Shown piece by piece: positions 49,878-60,508 of a stretch of DNA of 64,000 bases. The first letter of the stretch is position 1, and every line of letters starts with the position of its first letter. Position numbers and translations under genes: made by a program. A model generated the notes under the pieces. It worked only from the letters and a program-made list of their open reading frames with translations, had not been told where the DNA came from and ran no database searches. The stretch is taken from contig CBDBDQ010000005.1 in NCBI GenBank assembly GCA_965203905.1, forward strand, positions 608,001-672,000, given 5' to 3'. The stretch is from Spirochaetia bacterium. Its GTDB lineage: Bacteria; Spirochaetota; Spirochaetia; SZUA-6; Bin103.

Positions 49878-52009
49878 CGGCCCGAGCGCACGTAGAGGTC
49901 GGTGAATTCGACCGGCCCTCCCAGGGTACGCAGCGCAACGGTATCGGCGGCGCGCCCGGCGATCGCGTCGGAGACGGCTACCTTGAACTGCTCCGCGCCG
50001 TCCACCAGCACCGCGATCGAGCCGTGACACGGGGCGTCACCCATCGTCTCCGGACAGTCGTTCGGGTCGTAGAGCGCCTCCAGCGTCAACTCGGAGGACA
50101 ACGCCCGCTCGATGTTCCGGCTCTTGCGCCACACCAGCCGATTGCCGTCCAGCGACTCGTAGAGCTGCACCTGCGTCTCGTCGGTGTCGTAGAAACCGGG
50201 CTCACGCGTCACCCACACGAGGTAGGAGTGGCCGAAGTTCCAGGTGTTGCCGGAATCGGGGGTTCCGGAAGCGAGGAAGTGCAGCCCGTAGCCTACCCGC
50301 GCACCGCCGTCGACCCGAGCCGTCAAACCGTAGAGCGTGAGCGCCTCCGATTGTGCCACGTCGGCGACCGCGAACTTGGCATGGCTGGCCTCGGAATCGG
50401 TCTGAGCTACCGTCCCGGCAACGGTCATCGACCAGGCCCCCTCGCCCGGCAATGGCGCGCCGGCCCCGAAGCCGCTGACGAGGCTGGCGGCAGCGGCAGA
50501 GCTCAGCAGGTCGTCGCGCTTCAACTCGGCGGCGGTTCTGACCCGGTGTCCCTGTTCCTGGGCCGCTCCGACAATGGATCCGTCCAGACTGAACCGCAGG
50601 GAGAAGGTGTATGCGGCACCGCCGATCCCGACGTTGGACACGACCAGCGTGTCGGGAGCTACCACTTCCAGGGCCGGAGTGGACAGGTCCACGTCCGGAA
50701 TCCGCCCTGCGCTGGCATCGTACAGCGCCTCCAGTATGCCCTGGTTGCCTCCCAGGTAGCGCATGCGGGCGGCGAACGTCCCGTTCCCGTAACCGATACC
50801 CGTTATGTAGATCGAATCGGGACCGGCAACCGACAACCGGGCCGCGTCGAGCGAAATCAGATCGAGGTCCAGCCCGGCGGGCACCATCACGCGGCGGCCG
50901 CGGAGATCCTCGATCTGGGCCTGCACCTCTGCCGTTGCGGCGGCGGCCGCCTCCGCCTGGCGCATCGCCGCGGCGGCCGCGGCCTCGGCGGCGGCTGCGG
51001 CGGCCTGTGCGGCAGCCACCTCGGCGGTGGCCGCGGCCTCGGCGGCGGCCGCCGCTCGTGCTTCGGCCAGCGCAGCGGCAGCGGCGGCTTCCGCATCGGC
51101 AAGCCGCTCCGCCGCGGTCGGCGGCAGCTCTACCCGTTGAATCCCGGCCACCTCCAGGCGATTGTCGCCGGCGTGGCGCAACTGCCCGGAGTATCCCTTG
51201 CCGCCCACCTCGACGTACGCGATGTCCAGCACATCGGGCGGTACGAACGCCAGCTCCGTTTGCGCCAGGCCGACCGTGACGGGAATCAGCATCCCCTCGG
51301 GACCGAACACCTGCTCCACGATAGCGGTGGTGCCTCCCTGATACTTCAGGAGCGCGGAGTAGTCCTTCCCGCCATACCTGATCGACGAGACGTAGACCGA
51401 ATCGGGCCCCGCCAGGGACACCCGCGCGGAATCGAGGTCCAACCGGCTCAGGTCGAGTCGATCCGCGGCTACCGTCAACGCCGAAGCCGGCTGCGCCGCC
51501 ATCATCATGTCGATCTTGGCCTGCGCTTCCGTGGCCGCCGCCCGCGCCGCGGCAACCTGATCCCTTGCCGCGGCGGCTTCCGCGAGGGCCGAATCGCGTT
51601 CCGCCTGCGCCGCGGCCACGGCAGTGCCCGCATCGGCTCGTGCCGCAGCGGCAGCTTCCTGCGCTGCGCCAATCTGGGCTTTCGCTTCGGCGATCATCTG
51701 CTCGGCGGCCTGCGCCTCGGCCTGCGCCGCGGCCTGCGCCTCGCCAAGCTCCATCCGCGCATCACCCGCCTCCGTCTCGAGTCCGGCGACCGTTGCTTCC
51801 AGCGCGGCTACCTCCGCTTCCAGGGCGGCAACCCGTTGCTCCGCCGGTGAGGGTTCGGCGGCCGTTTCCTCCGCCTCCGGGGCCGGCTCCGAAGCCGACT
51901 CCGGCGCCGACTCGTCGACCCCGACGCCTGCCGGGGAAACACAACCTGTCTGGATAACCAGAGCGCCTGCGATGGCAAGTAAGGTGAGACCGAGACCCTT
52001 GTGGAGCAT
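49874..52009 (-). CDS. large lipoprotein with Ala-rich coiled coils and repeated beta domains
   Basis: signal peptide ending TGC; internal repeats. Confidence 0.8.
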   Translation of the reverse strand: MLHKGLGLTLLAIAGALVIQTGCVSPAGVGVDESAPESASEPAPEAEETAAEPSPAEQRVAALEAEVAALEATVAGLETEAGDARMELGEAQAAAQAEAQAAEQMIAEAKAQIGAAQEAAAAARADAGTAVAAAQAERDSALAEAAAARDQVAAARAAATEAQAKIDMMMAAQPASALTVAADRLDLSRLDLDSARVSLAGPDSVYVSSIRYGGKDYSALLKYQGGTTAIVEQVFGPEGMLIPVTVGLAQTELAFVPPDVLDIAYVEVGGKGYSGQLRHAGDNRLEVAGIQRVELPPTAAERLADAEAAAAAALAEARAAAAAEAAATAEVAAAQAAAAAAEAAAAAAMRQAEAAAAATAEVQAQIEDLRGRRVMVPAGLDLDLISLDAARLSVAGPDSIYITGIGYGNGTFAARMRYLGGNQGILEALYDASAGRIPDVDLSTPALEVVAPDTLVVSNVGIGGAAYTFSLRFSLDGSIVGAAQEQGHRVRTAAELKRDDLLSSAAAASLVSGFGAGAPLPGEGAWSMTVAGTVAQTDSEASHAKFAVADVAQSEALTLYGLTARVDGGARVGYGLHFLASGTPDSGNTWNFGHSYLVWVTREPGFYDTDETQVQLYESLDGNRLVWRKSRNIERALSSELTLEALYDPNDCPETMGDAPCHGSIAVLVDGAEQFKVAVSDAIAGRAADTVALRTLGGPVEFTDLYVRSGR

Positions 52010-52168
52010 TAGATGTTCCCTCCGTTTATCCTGAGGCAGGTTCCGAACCGGAGCGACGGTTCAGCGACTGATCATTTCGCGAACGGCAAGCCTTGTCAAA
52101 CGCGGTATGCACTAATGTCCCGTTCCGCGCTTCGCACACCTTGGCCACCACCACTACTATCGGTGCAG

Positions 52169-53113
52169 ATGCCGCCGTTCGCCGTGATCCTGGTGCTGCT
52201 CTCTACCGTGCTGCACGCGAGCTGGAACATCCTCGCCAAGCGCGGCAGTGCGACGCCGGAACTGTTCCCGCGCGTCCTGGCGGCGGTTGCCATTCCCGGT
52301 CTCGTGATCGGGCTGCTGGCGGAGTGGCGCAGCACGGCGCTGCTGCCGCACATCTGGCCCCTGGTGCTGGCCGCCGGGGCCTGCCAGGCGGCGTACTTTG
52401 TGGGCCTGACCCTGGGCTACCGCGCCGGCGACCTGAGCCTGGTCTATCCGTTGGTGCGCGCCCTCCCGGTCCTGCTGATAGGGTTCTTCGACGTGGCCCG
52501 CGGTCAGCCTCCGGGCGCTGCCGGCTGGTCCGGTCTGCTGCTGGTTCTCGGCGGTTGTCTGCTGGTGGCACTGCCTGCAGCCCGGCAGCACACCGGTGCC
52601 GGCGCGCCCGCGACGCCGCAGGCTGCCGGGAGTCGGCCGCGGGCGGCCGTGGGCTGGGCCGTGCTAGCCGCGCTCGGCACGGTCGGTTATACGGTGTTCG
52701 ACAAATTTGCCGCCGATGCGATCACCGTGACCGGCGGCATGGGAGCCGCTGCCGCGTTCCGTTACGGTCTCTGGGAATTCACCATCTGCGCGGCGTGCTT
52801 CCTGCCGCTGATGTCCGTAATCAACCGCGGCAGTGCGCGGCGTCAGGCTCCGCCGCAGCACTCCCGTGCCGCCGGCCGCATGCACGGCGTCCTCATCGCG
52901 ACGCTGATGTACGTCACCTACGCGCTGGTGCTGTGGGCCTACCAACTGAGCTGGCAGACCAGTTACGTGGTGGCGCTGCGGCAGTTCAGCATCGTGCTTG
53001 GCGTAGTGGTGGGCGCGCTGCTGCTGCGCGAGGCGGCACCTGCGACGCGAGTCGCCGGCGCCGTGGTCATCGTAGGAGGCGTTGCAGTGCTCACGTTCGC
53101 CGGCGCGCTCTGA
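52169..53113 (+). CDS. DMT/EamA transporter
   Basis: LHASWN, GDLSLVYPL.R, ALRQFSIV. Confidence 0.88.
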   Translation: MPPFAVILVLLSTVLHASWNILAKRGSATPELFPRVLAAVAIPGLVIGLLAEWRSTALLPHIWPLVLAAGACQAAYFVGLTLGYRAGDLSLVYPLVRALPVLLIGFFDVARGQPPGAAGWSGLLLVLGGCLLVALPAARQHTGAGAPATPQAAGSRPRAAVGWAVLAALGTVGYTVFDKFAADAITVTGGMGAAAAFRYGLWEFTICAACFLPLMSVINRGSARRQAPPQHSRAAGRMHGVLIATLMYVTYALVLWAYQLSWQTSYVVALRQFSIVLGVVVGALLLREAAPATRVAGAVVIVGGVAVLTFAGAL

Positions 53114-53223
53114 CGCCGGTAACGCGATTGACACGAGGAAACGCGGGCCGCAGGGTCGACAGAACGCGCCGATTCGGGACAATGGCAACCGGCCCGACAC
53201 CTTCCAACCGAGGAGCGCCAGCA

Positions 53224-54135
53224 ATGGACAGCCTTGACAAACTTCCCTTCACCCAGCCTGGTAATTGGTACCGCGGCAATCTGCACACTCATTCCACCGC
53301 ATCGGACGGACGCAAGACTCCCGCCGAGGTGTGCGCCTTCTATCGTACCCAGGGCTACGACTTCATCAGCCTCACCGATCACTTCCTGGAGACCTACCGG
53401 TTCCCAATCACCGACACGACCCCCTACCGCGGCGACGGGTTCACCACCATCCTGGGAGCGGAGCTGCACGCGCCGGCTACCAGCCTGGGCGAGAACTGGC
53501 ACATCCTGGCCGTGGGGCTGCCCGCCGACTTCGCTGCAACGGGCGCAGAGGAAACCGGACCGCAACTGGCGGATCGGGCCAAGGCGGCCGGCGCCTACGT
53601 GGCCGCCGCCCATCCCGCGTGGTACGACCTGACCGATGCGGACGTGCTCTCGGTGCCGGCTGCGGGCGCCATCGAAATCGTCAACACCACGTGCGCGGTT
53701 GCCAACGGCAAGGGGGACAGCACCGGCTACATCGACCGCCTGCTCAGCCAGGGGCACTACTACCAGATCATCGCCACCGACGATGCCCACTTCCACCGGC
53801 CCGACTGGTGCCGCAACTGGGTGATGGTACGCAGCGAGAGCCTCGATCCCGCGCGCCTGCTCGCGGCGCTGCACGGCGGCGACTTCTATTCCAGCCAGGG
53901 TCCGGAGATCCTGGAGGTCACGCCGCTCCAGGGTGGCGCGAAGCTGGCGGTGCGCACGTCACCGGTGCGTGCCATGCGCCTCACCGGCCGCGGCGCCGCC
54001 GCCTCCGTCGTAGCGGGAGACGCCGACATCACCACGGCGGAGCTGAGCCTGGAAGCGGTCCAGGGGCCTTACGCCCGGCTCACCGTCACCGATCGTGACG
54101 GCCTGCGCGCCTGGACCAACCCCATCCCCGTGTAA
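53224..54135 (+). CDS. PHP-domain (CehA/McbA-like) metallohydrolase
   Basis: GNLHTHSTASDG, TDH, AHP, TDDAH, AWTNPI. Confidence 0.9.
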   Translation: MDSLDKLPFTQPGNWYRGNLHTHSTASDGRKTPAEVCAFYRTQGYDFISLTDHFLETYRFPITDTTPYRGDGFTTILGAELHAPATSLGENWHILAVGLPADFAATGAEETGPQLADRAKAAGAYVAAAHPAWYDLTDADVLSVPAAGAIEIVNTTCAVANGKGDSTGYIDRLLSQGHYYQIIATDDAHFHRPDWCRNWVMVRSESLDPARLLAALHGGDFYSSQGPEILEVTPLQGGAKLAVRTSPVRAMRLTGRGAAASVVAGDADITTAELSLEAVQGPYARLTVTDRDGLRAWTNPIPV

Positions 54136-54418
54136 ACTCTCGTGTAAACCCGCGCGCGGCGACGACGCTCGCCGCAGCGCCGCCCTCCTTCGCGGCGCTT
54201 GCCGCCCGCATCGATGTCCGGACCGACTGGCCAACTCCTTGACAATCGCTCGGCGGTGCTCTTGGATAATCCCCATCTGTCACCCATGAGGGGCGAGCAC
54301 GTGCCGAGGGACCGCGCCTCGCCGCGATCGGATGTTCGCTGACAAGAAACGCGGACCGGCCTATGGAACAGGATGCCGGTCTCAGGAACAGCATCCTCCC
54401 GGCCGTATGGAGACACAG

Positions 54419-56263
54419 ATGAGACGACTCTCAATCGTCGCCGTCAGCCTGCTGCTGCTGCTGGCGCTGGGCGGCACCTACTCGGTGGCGCAGACCTACC
54501 AGGAGGCGCCGATGCTCAGCGCCATGGTGGCGGCGGGCGAGTTGCCGCCCGTGGGGCAACGGCTGCCCAAGGAACCCTACGTAGGAATCGACCAGGTTCC
54601 GGTTTCCGATCTGCAGGGAGGGAGACTCGAGATCGGTCGCTACGGGGGCATCATCAAGGGCGACACCCCGCACAACCAGTGGCGCATCGAGGCGATCGGC
54701 AAGAAGGGAGTCCGCTTCGACCCACAGGAGGCCTATCCCCACTTCTTCAAGGACTTCTCGGTCTCGCCGGACGGCAAGGTCTACTCCTTCACCCTGCGCG
54801 AAGGCCTGAAGTGGAGCGACGGCATGCCGCACACCACCGAGGACGTCCGCTTCTGGTACGAGGACGTGCTCCTGAACGGCGACCTGACGCCTTCGATTCG
54901 CATCGACTTCATGTCGGGAAGCCGGGGCGATGCCGAGGTGATGAAGCTGAACGTGGTCGACGAGTCCACCTTCGAGTTCATCTACGACGAGACCCCGTGG
55001 GACCTGCTGCAGTACTTCTCCCACGTCGACTGGGATCCGGTGGCGTACTCCAAGTCGTTCTTCTCCCAGTACCACGCGGACTACACGCCGGTGGCGGAGA
55101 TCGATGAAGCGGCGGTCGAGCATGGCTTCGAGAAGGGCGAGTGGGCGAAACTGTTCCGCCACCTGAGCGGCTGGCCCAAGCTGCCCACTACCCTGCCCAC
55201 CATCAGCCCGTTCCTGCTCAAGGAGAACAATGCGCAGCAGATGGTGTGGGAGCGCAACCCCTACTACTGGAAGGTGGACGCGGCCAACAACCAGCTTCCC
55301 TACCTGGACGGGTGGGTCTGGGTGAAGACCGCCGACACCGAGGCCATGAACATGCAGATCATCGCCGGTGAGATCGACCTGGCGCACCAGACGCCGGACG
55401 CCGCCAGCGCCGCCCTCTACAAGCAGTACGGCGACGACAAGGGCTACGACGTGCGGTTGCTGAAAGACCACTTCGCGGCCGCCGAGTTCTTCCTCAACCT
55501 GACCAACGAGGATCCCAACTGGCGCCAGGTGGTGCGCGACATCAGGTTCCGCAAGGCGGTGAGCATGGCGCTCGACCGGCAGCGCATCATCGACACCGTA
55601 TACGCCGGCTTCGCGGGTCCCCCTCGAACCGTGGCGATTCCCGCCTACGACCCGGACGGCGCCAATCGGTTGCTCGACGAGATGGGACTCGACAAGAAGG
55701 ACAGCGACGGTTTCCGGCTGGGACCGAACGGCGAACGGTTCGAGATCTTCATCGAGCACACCACCTGGTACCCGGAGATGAAGGTGATGCCGGAGGCGAT
55801 CAAGTCGGAGCTGGAGAAGGTGGGCATCGCGGTGCGCACCCAGCTCCGCGAGGGCGGGCTGTTCTGGGAGCGGCACAACTCCAACCAGCTCTACGCCGGC
55901 AACCTGTGGTTCCATCACGGCATCTGGCCGTACCACTGGTACGAAGACTTCCTCGGCATCCGCTGGGCGCAGCAGTGGTTCAACTGGTCGAAGTCGGGAG
56001 GCATGCAGGGCGAAGAACCGCCGCCCGAGTACCAGGAGCTGTGGGAGCTGCACCGGCAGATGAAGACTTCGCAGGACTACGCCGAGCGTGATCGGCTGTG
56101 GACGGAGATCCAGAACAAGCTGAGCGAGAACCTGTTCTGGATTCCGATCATCGAGTACGCCGAGAAACCGGCCATCGTCAACAAGAAGCTGGGCAACACC
56201 GTGGTCACCGGCTACACCAACTTCAACAACTACCACCTGGAGCTGATCTACTGGAAAGAGTAG
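54419..56263 (+). CDS. ABC transporter substrate-binding protein (family 5)
   Basis: signal peptide, GELPPV..RLP, LREGLKWSDG, RNPYYWKVD. Confidence 0.93.
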   Translation: MRRLSIVAVSLLLLLALGGTYSVAQTYQEAPMLSAMVAAGELPPVGQRLPKEPYVGIDQVPVSDLQGGRLEIGRYGGIIKGDTPHNQWRIEAIGKKGVRFDPQEAYPHFFKDFSVSPDGKVYSFTLREGLKWSDGMPHTTEDVRFWYEDVLLNGDLTPSIRIDFMSGSRGDAEVMKLNVVDESTFEFIYDETPWDLLQYFSHVDWDPVAYSKSFFSQYHADYTPVAEIDEAAVEHGFEKGEWAKLFRHLSGWPKLPTTLPTISPFLLKENNAQQMVWERNPYYWKVDAANNQLPYLDGWVWVKTADTEAMNMQIIAGEIDLAHQTPDAASAALYKQYGDDKGYDVRLLKDHFAAAEFFLNLTNEDPNWRQVVRDIRFRKAVSMALDRQRIIDTVYAGFAGPPRTVAIPAYDPDGANRLLDEMGLDKKDSDGFRLGPNGERFEIFIEHTTWYPEMKVMPEAIKSELEKVGIAVRTQLREGGLFWERHNSNQLYAGNLWFHHGIWPYHWYEDFLGIRWAQQWFNWSKSGGMQGEEPPPEYQELWELHRQMKTSQDYAERDRLWTEIQNKLSENLFWIPIIEYAEKPAIVNKKLGNTVVTGYTNFNNYHLELIYWKE

Positions 56264-56278
56264 GTTCCTGGTGGGCGA

Positions 56279-56316
56279 CCCGAGGTTCGAGCTCCAGACC
56301 GGGTTCGGGCCTCGGG
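56279..56316 (+). other. intercistronic stem-loop after SBP gene
   Basis: CCCGAGGTTCGAGCTC...GGGTTCGGGCCTCGGG; no U-tail. Confidence 0.55.
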
Positions 56317-56326
56317 CCGGCGTAAC

Positions 56327-57325
56327 GTGCTTCCCTTCATCACCCAGAGAGTCGTCATTCTGGCGGCGCTCCTGATCGTGCTCTCCATCGTCTCGTTCAT
56401 CCTGATCGAGTTGCCGCCGGGCGATTTTCTGACCACCTACGTCGAGCGCTTGAAGATCGAAGGCCACGAGGTCTCGAAGGACGAGGTGGAGAAGCTGTCG
56501 CAGATCTACGGCCTCGACCAGCCCGTCCACACCAGGTACCTGCTATGGGTCCGCAAGATCGTCCTGCGCGGCGACTTCGGGCGCTCGCTGCAACACGACC
56601 GGCCGGTCAACGAGCTGATCAAGGAACGGCTGCTGCTCACGGTGGTGATCTCGCTCTGCACCATCGTCGTGGTGTGGCTGATCGCCGTTCCCATCGGTGT
56701 CTACTCGGCGACCCGTCAATACAGCTTCTTCGACTACTTCTGGACCTTCGTCGGGGTGGTCGGCCTGGGCACGCCCAACTTCCTCCTCGCCCTGCTGGTG
56801 ATGTGGCTGGCATTTCTGTGGCTCGGCATCAGTGCCGTCGGCATCCAGTCGCCGGAGTTCATCAGCGCGCCCTGGAGCGTGGCCCGCGTCATCGACCTGC
56901 TCAAGCGCGTCTGGGTTCCGGTGGCCGTGATCGGCCTGACCAGCACCGCGGGCCTGATCCGCATCATGCGCGGCACGCTGCTGGACGAGCTCAAGAAGGC
57001 GTACGTGATCGTGGCTCGCGCCAAGGGCCTGGGCGAAGGCCGGATCGTCTTCAAGTATTCGCTGCGCATCGCCATCAACCCGCTGATCAGCACCATCGGC
57101 TGGATGCTGCCGGCCATATTCTCGGGGGAGGCGCTGGTCTCCATCGTGCTCAACCTGCACACCATCGGCCCCCTGCTGCTGCAGGCGCTGCTCAACCAGG
57201 ACATGTTCCTGGCCGGCAGCATCGTGTTGATCCTTGGCTTCCTGACCCTGGTCGGCACCCTCGTCTCCGACATCATGCTGGTGTGGGTCGATCCGCGCAT
57301 CCGCTTCGCGGGAGTCACCCGCTGA
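56327..57325 (+). CDS. ABC permease (DppB/OppB-like)
   Basis: LPPGD, GDFGRS, ARAKGL, DPRIR. Confidence 0.94.
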   Translation: MLPFITQRVVILAALLIVLSIVSFILIELPPGDFLTTYVERLKIEGHEVSKDEVEKLSQIYGLDQPVHTRYLLWVRKIVLRGDFGRSLQHDRPVNELIKERLLLTVVISLCTIVVVWLIAVPIGVYSATRQYSFFDYFWTFVGVVGLGTPNFLLALLVMWLAFLWLGISAVGIQSPEFISAPWSVARVIDLLKRVWVPVAVIGLTSTAGLIRIMRGTLLDELKKAYVIVARAKGLGEGRIVFKYSLRIAINPLISTIGWMLPAIFSGEALVSIVLNLHTIGPLLLQALLNQDMFLAGSIVLILGFLTLVGTLVSDIMLVWVDPRIRFAGVTR

Positions 57326-57326
57326 C

Positions 57327-58418
57327 ATGGCAGAGCGCGAGGAACGCTACTACTACGCCTCCCAGTTCACCCTCATGTGGTGGAAATTCAAGAAGCACCG
57401 GCTGGCGCTGGCGGCGGTCGTCATCCTGGCCGGGTTCTATCTGATCGCCATCGGCGCCGAGTTCATCGCTCCGTACACGCCCACCACCGACTCCGAGTAC
57501 CTGTTCGTGCCGCCCTCCAAGGTGCACTTCGTGGATGCCGGAGAGGGCCTGCAACGGCCCTTCGTCTATGGCCTTGACCGCACCCGCGACCGCGAGACCC
57601 TGCGCTGGGTGTACCAGGAGGACCAGGAGCAGAAGCACGTCATCCGCCTGTTCGTGCGCGGGGTCGACTACAAGCTGTGGAACCTGTTCCGCACCGACCT
57701 GCACCTGTTCGGCACCGAGGACGGCCCGTTCTTCATCTTCGGCACCGACCGCTTCGGCCGGGACCTGTTCTCACGGGTGATCTACGGCACCCGGATTTCG
57801 ATCACCATCTGCCTGGTCGGGATCCTGCTCAGCTTCGTGATCGGACTCGCGCTCGGCGGCATCTCGGGCTACTTCGGCGGGCTCGCCGACAACCTGATCC
57901 AACGCGTCATCGAGTTCCTCATCTCGATTCCCACCATCCCCCTGTGGATGGCGCTGGCCGCCGCGGTGCCGCGCGACTGGCCGGTGGTCAAGACCTACTT
58001 CGCCATCACCGTGTTCTTCTCCATCATCGGCTGGACCGGGCTGGCGCGCGTGGTGCGCGGCAAGCTGCTGGCGCTGCGCGAGGATGATTTCACCGTCGCC
58101 GCCCGCATCGTCGGCGCCAGCGAGACGCGCATCATCTGGCGCCACCTGCTGCCCTCGTTCTTCAGCTACATCATCGTCCAGCTCACCCTCACCATGCCGG
58201 CCATGATCATGGGCGAGACCGCCCTGAGCTTCATCGGCCTGGGCATGCAGCCGCCCGCCGTGAGCTGGGGGGTGCTGCTGCAGGACGCGCAGCAACTGGT
58301 GTCGATCGCCCATTTCCCCTGGCTGCTGCTGCCGGCGTTGTTCGTCATCGTGACCGTGCTGTCGTTCAACTTTCTCGGAGACGGTCTGCGCGATGCCGCG
58401 GACCCCTACACCACGTGA
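57327..58418 (+). CDS. ABC permease (DppC/OppC-like)
   Basis: GTDRFGRDLFSR, SWG.LL, GDGLRDA.DP. Confidence 0.94.
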   Translation: MAEREERYYYASQFTLMWWKFKKHRLALAAVVILAGFYLIAIGAEFIAPYTPTTDSEYLFVPPSKVHFVDAGEGLQRPFVYGLDRTRDRETLRWVYQEDQEQKHVIRLFVRGVDYKLWNLFRTDLHLFGTEDGPFFIFGTDRFGRDLFSRVIYGTRISITICLVGILLSFVIGLALGGISGYFGGLADNLIQRVIEFLISIPTIPLWMALAAAVPRDWPVVKTYFAITVFFSIIGWTGLARVVRGKLLALREDDFTVAARIVGASETRIIWRHLLPSFFSYIIVQLTLTMPAMIMGETALSFIGLGMQPPAVSWGVLLQDAQQLVSIAHFPWLLLPALFVIVTVLSFNFLGDGLRDAADPYTT

Positions 58419-59962
58419 GCAAGAACCTGATCAACGACACCGAGCTGGCGCTGCGCAGCGCCCGGCAACTGCAGGAGCGGCTCGCCCGCGATCCCTACCG
58501 GCCGCGCTTCCACTTCCTGCCACCGGGCGGATGGCTCAACGATCCCAACGGGGCGCTCTACTGGCGCGGCCGCTATCACCTGTTCTACCAGTACTACCCG
58601 GACGCCGCGTACTCGGTGCTCGAGCATCGCGACGGCAGCCAGGAGCACCTGCGGATCTGCTGGGGCCACGCCTCCAGCAGCGACCTCATCCACTGGGAGC
58701 ACCACCCCGTCGCGTTGCAGCCGTCGCTGCCAGGCGTGGACGACAGGGCCTGCTTCAGCGGCCACGTGGTCGACAACGACGGCGTGGCGACGATGATCTA
58801 CTGCGGCATTCCCGGAGGGAGCTGCATCGCCACCAGCAGCGACTACCGGCTGGAGCGCTGGTCCAAGCACCCGCGCGTCGTGATCCCCCGGCCGCGGCCG
58901 GGCGAGCCGGAGCACGGCAGGTACGGGGCCTGCGACCCCTGCATGTGGCGGGAGGGCGACCGCTGGTATGCGCTGTGCGGCTTCCGCAGCCCGCGGGGCG
59001 GCGATACCGCCAGCCTGTTCCGCTCGCACGACACCCTGCACTGGGAGTTCGTGCACGACTTCTACGAGTCGCGGCGGGACTGGACCAGCGCGCGCGACGA
59101 CTGCGCGGTACCCGACTTCTTTCCGTTGGGCGACACCCACATGCTGCTGTTCATGAGCCACGAGACCGGCGCCCAGTACTACCTCGGGGATTGGCGCGAC
59201 GAGACCTTCCATCCCGAGGCTCACGGGCACATGAACTGGGCCGGAGGGCAACTGAACGCCCCGAAGAGCCTGCTGGACGCCAGTGGCCGGCGCCTGATGT
59301 GGGGCTGGGTGTGCGAAGCGCGCACCAAGGACGCGCAGCGCGCGGCGGGGTGGGCCGGCATGCTGTCACTGCCGCGCGTGCTGTCCCTCGATGCAGCGGG
59401 CGGTCTGCTGATCGAGCCGGCCGCGGAACTGCAGGTGCTGCGCCGCCACCACCGCCGCTGGACTGACCTGCGCCTCGGCGGCGACCACCCCATCCCCGAA
59501 GTGCAGGGAGACTGCCTGGAGCTGGCGCTGGAGTGCGACCCGGGCGACGCCGGCGAGGTCGGGGTTCGCGTCCGCTGCGCCCCCGACGGCAGCGAGTCCA
59601 CCGCCATCTCCTACCGCGCCGCGGCCGGTGAACTGGTGATCGATACCAGCGCCTCCAGCCGCCGTGGCGACCTGATGCAGCCGTGGCCGCGTCCGTGGGC
59701 GGCGCTGTTCAGCGATCCGGTCAGCAAGCTGCCCGCCACCGAGCAGGTGTACGTGCAGCGGGCGCCGCTGGCGCTGCAGCCGCGGGAGCCGCTCAAGCTG
59801 CGCGTGTTCATCGACCGCTCGGTGATCGAGGTGTTCGCCAACGACCGCCAATGCATGACCCAGCGCATCTACCCGGCGCGCCGCGACAGCCTGGGCCTGG
59901 CCCTGTTCAGCAACGGGGGCAACGCGCGCTGCACCACCCTCGACGCCTGGGACCTGGACTGA
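58415..59962 (+). CDS. GH32-like glycoside hydrolase
   Basis: WLNDPNG, WGHA.S.DL.HW, CFSG, RVFIDRSVIEVFAN. Confidence 0.9.
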   Translation: MSKNLINDTELALRSARQLQERLARDPYRPRFHFLPPGGWLNDPNGALYWRGRYHLFYQYYPDAAYSVLEHRDGSQEHLRICWGHASSSDLIHWEHHPVALQPSLPGVDDRACFSGHVVDNDGVATMIYCGIPGGSCIATSSDYRLERWSKHPRVVIPRPRPGEPEHGRYGACDPCMWREGDRWYALCGFRSPRGGDTASLFRSHDTLHWEFVHDFYESRRDWTSARDDCAVPDFFPLGDTHMLLFMSHETGAQYYLGDWRDETFHPEAHGHMNWAGGQLNAPKSLLDASGRRLMWGWVCEARTKDAQRAAGWAGMLSLPRVLSLDAAGGLLIEPAAELQVLRRHHRRWTDLRLGGDHPIPEVQGDCLELALECDPGDAGEVGVRVRCAPDGSESTAISYRAAAGELVIDTSASSRRGDLMQPWPRPWAALFSDPVSKLPATEQVYVQRAPLALQPREPLKLRVFIDRSVIEVFANDRQCMTQRIYPARRDSLGLALFSNGGNARCTTLDAWDLD

Positions 59963-60508
59963 CCAAGCCTCCCACGCCGGCGCCGCTTGGAAGGTGGCAC
60001 ATACTGGTCCGTTGAGATACGCTTGAGGACTCCAATGCTGAAGCGCGTTCAGGTCCGGGGCTACAAGTCGCTGGTCGGAGGTTCACCACCTGGGGCTCAT
60101 GGGTGAGGAGCTTGCCGCGTTCCTGAATACCATGAAGGCCCTGGACAAGGGCAGATTCTTGGCAGTCGAGAAGGCGCTGCAGGCATTGATGCCTCAGATC
60201 AGCGGAATCGAGCTTGAGGTAAGCGACCTTGGCGAGGTCGAGTTGCGTCTGAAGGAGGGTGGCATCGCCATACCCTCTCGGGTGCTTTCCGAGGGTGCCT
60301 TGCGAATGCTCGGACTGCTGGCGCTCACGGGCGCGAAAGACCCACCCGCTCTTGCTGTGAAACGCGCCGGTGCTTTGGGCGCACGGAAGCGTGACCGCGG
60401 GTTGGCGGCCCTTGGGCACGAGCAGGTGAGGTTCCAGATCGGCTCGGCGGTGCGGGCAGCCCCGTTCTATGGCCCGTCACGGCGCCGCGTGATACGGAAC
60501 CGTTCGTT

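Noticed and set aside
54239-54270. TTGACA...GATAAT promoter for the ABC operon
   Set aside because: 20-bp spacer is too long for a confident call
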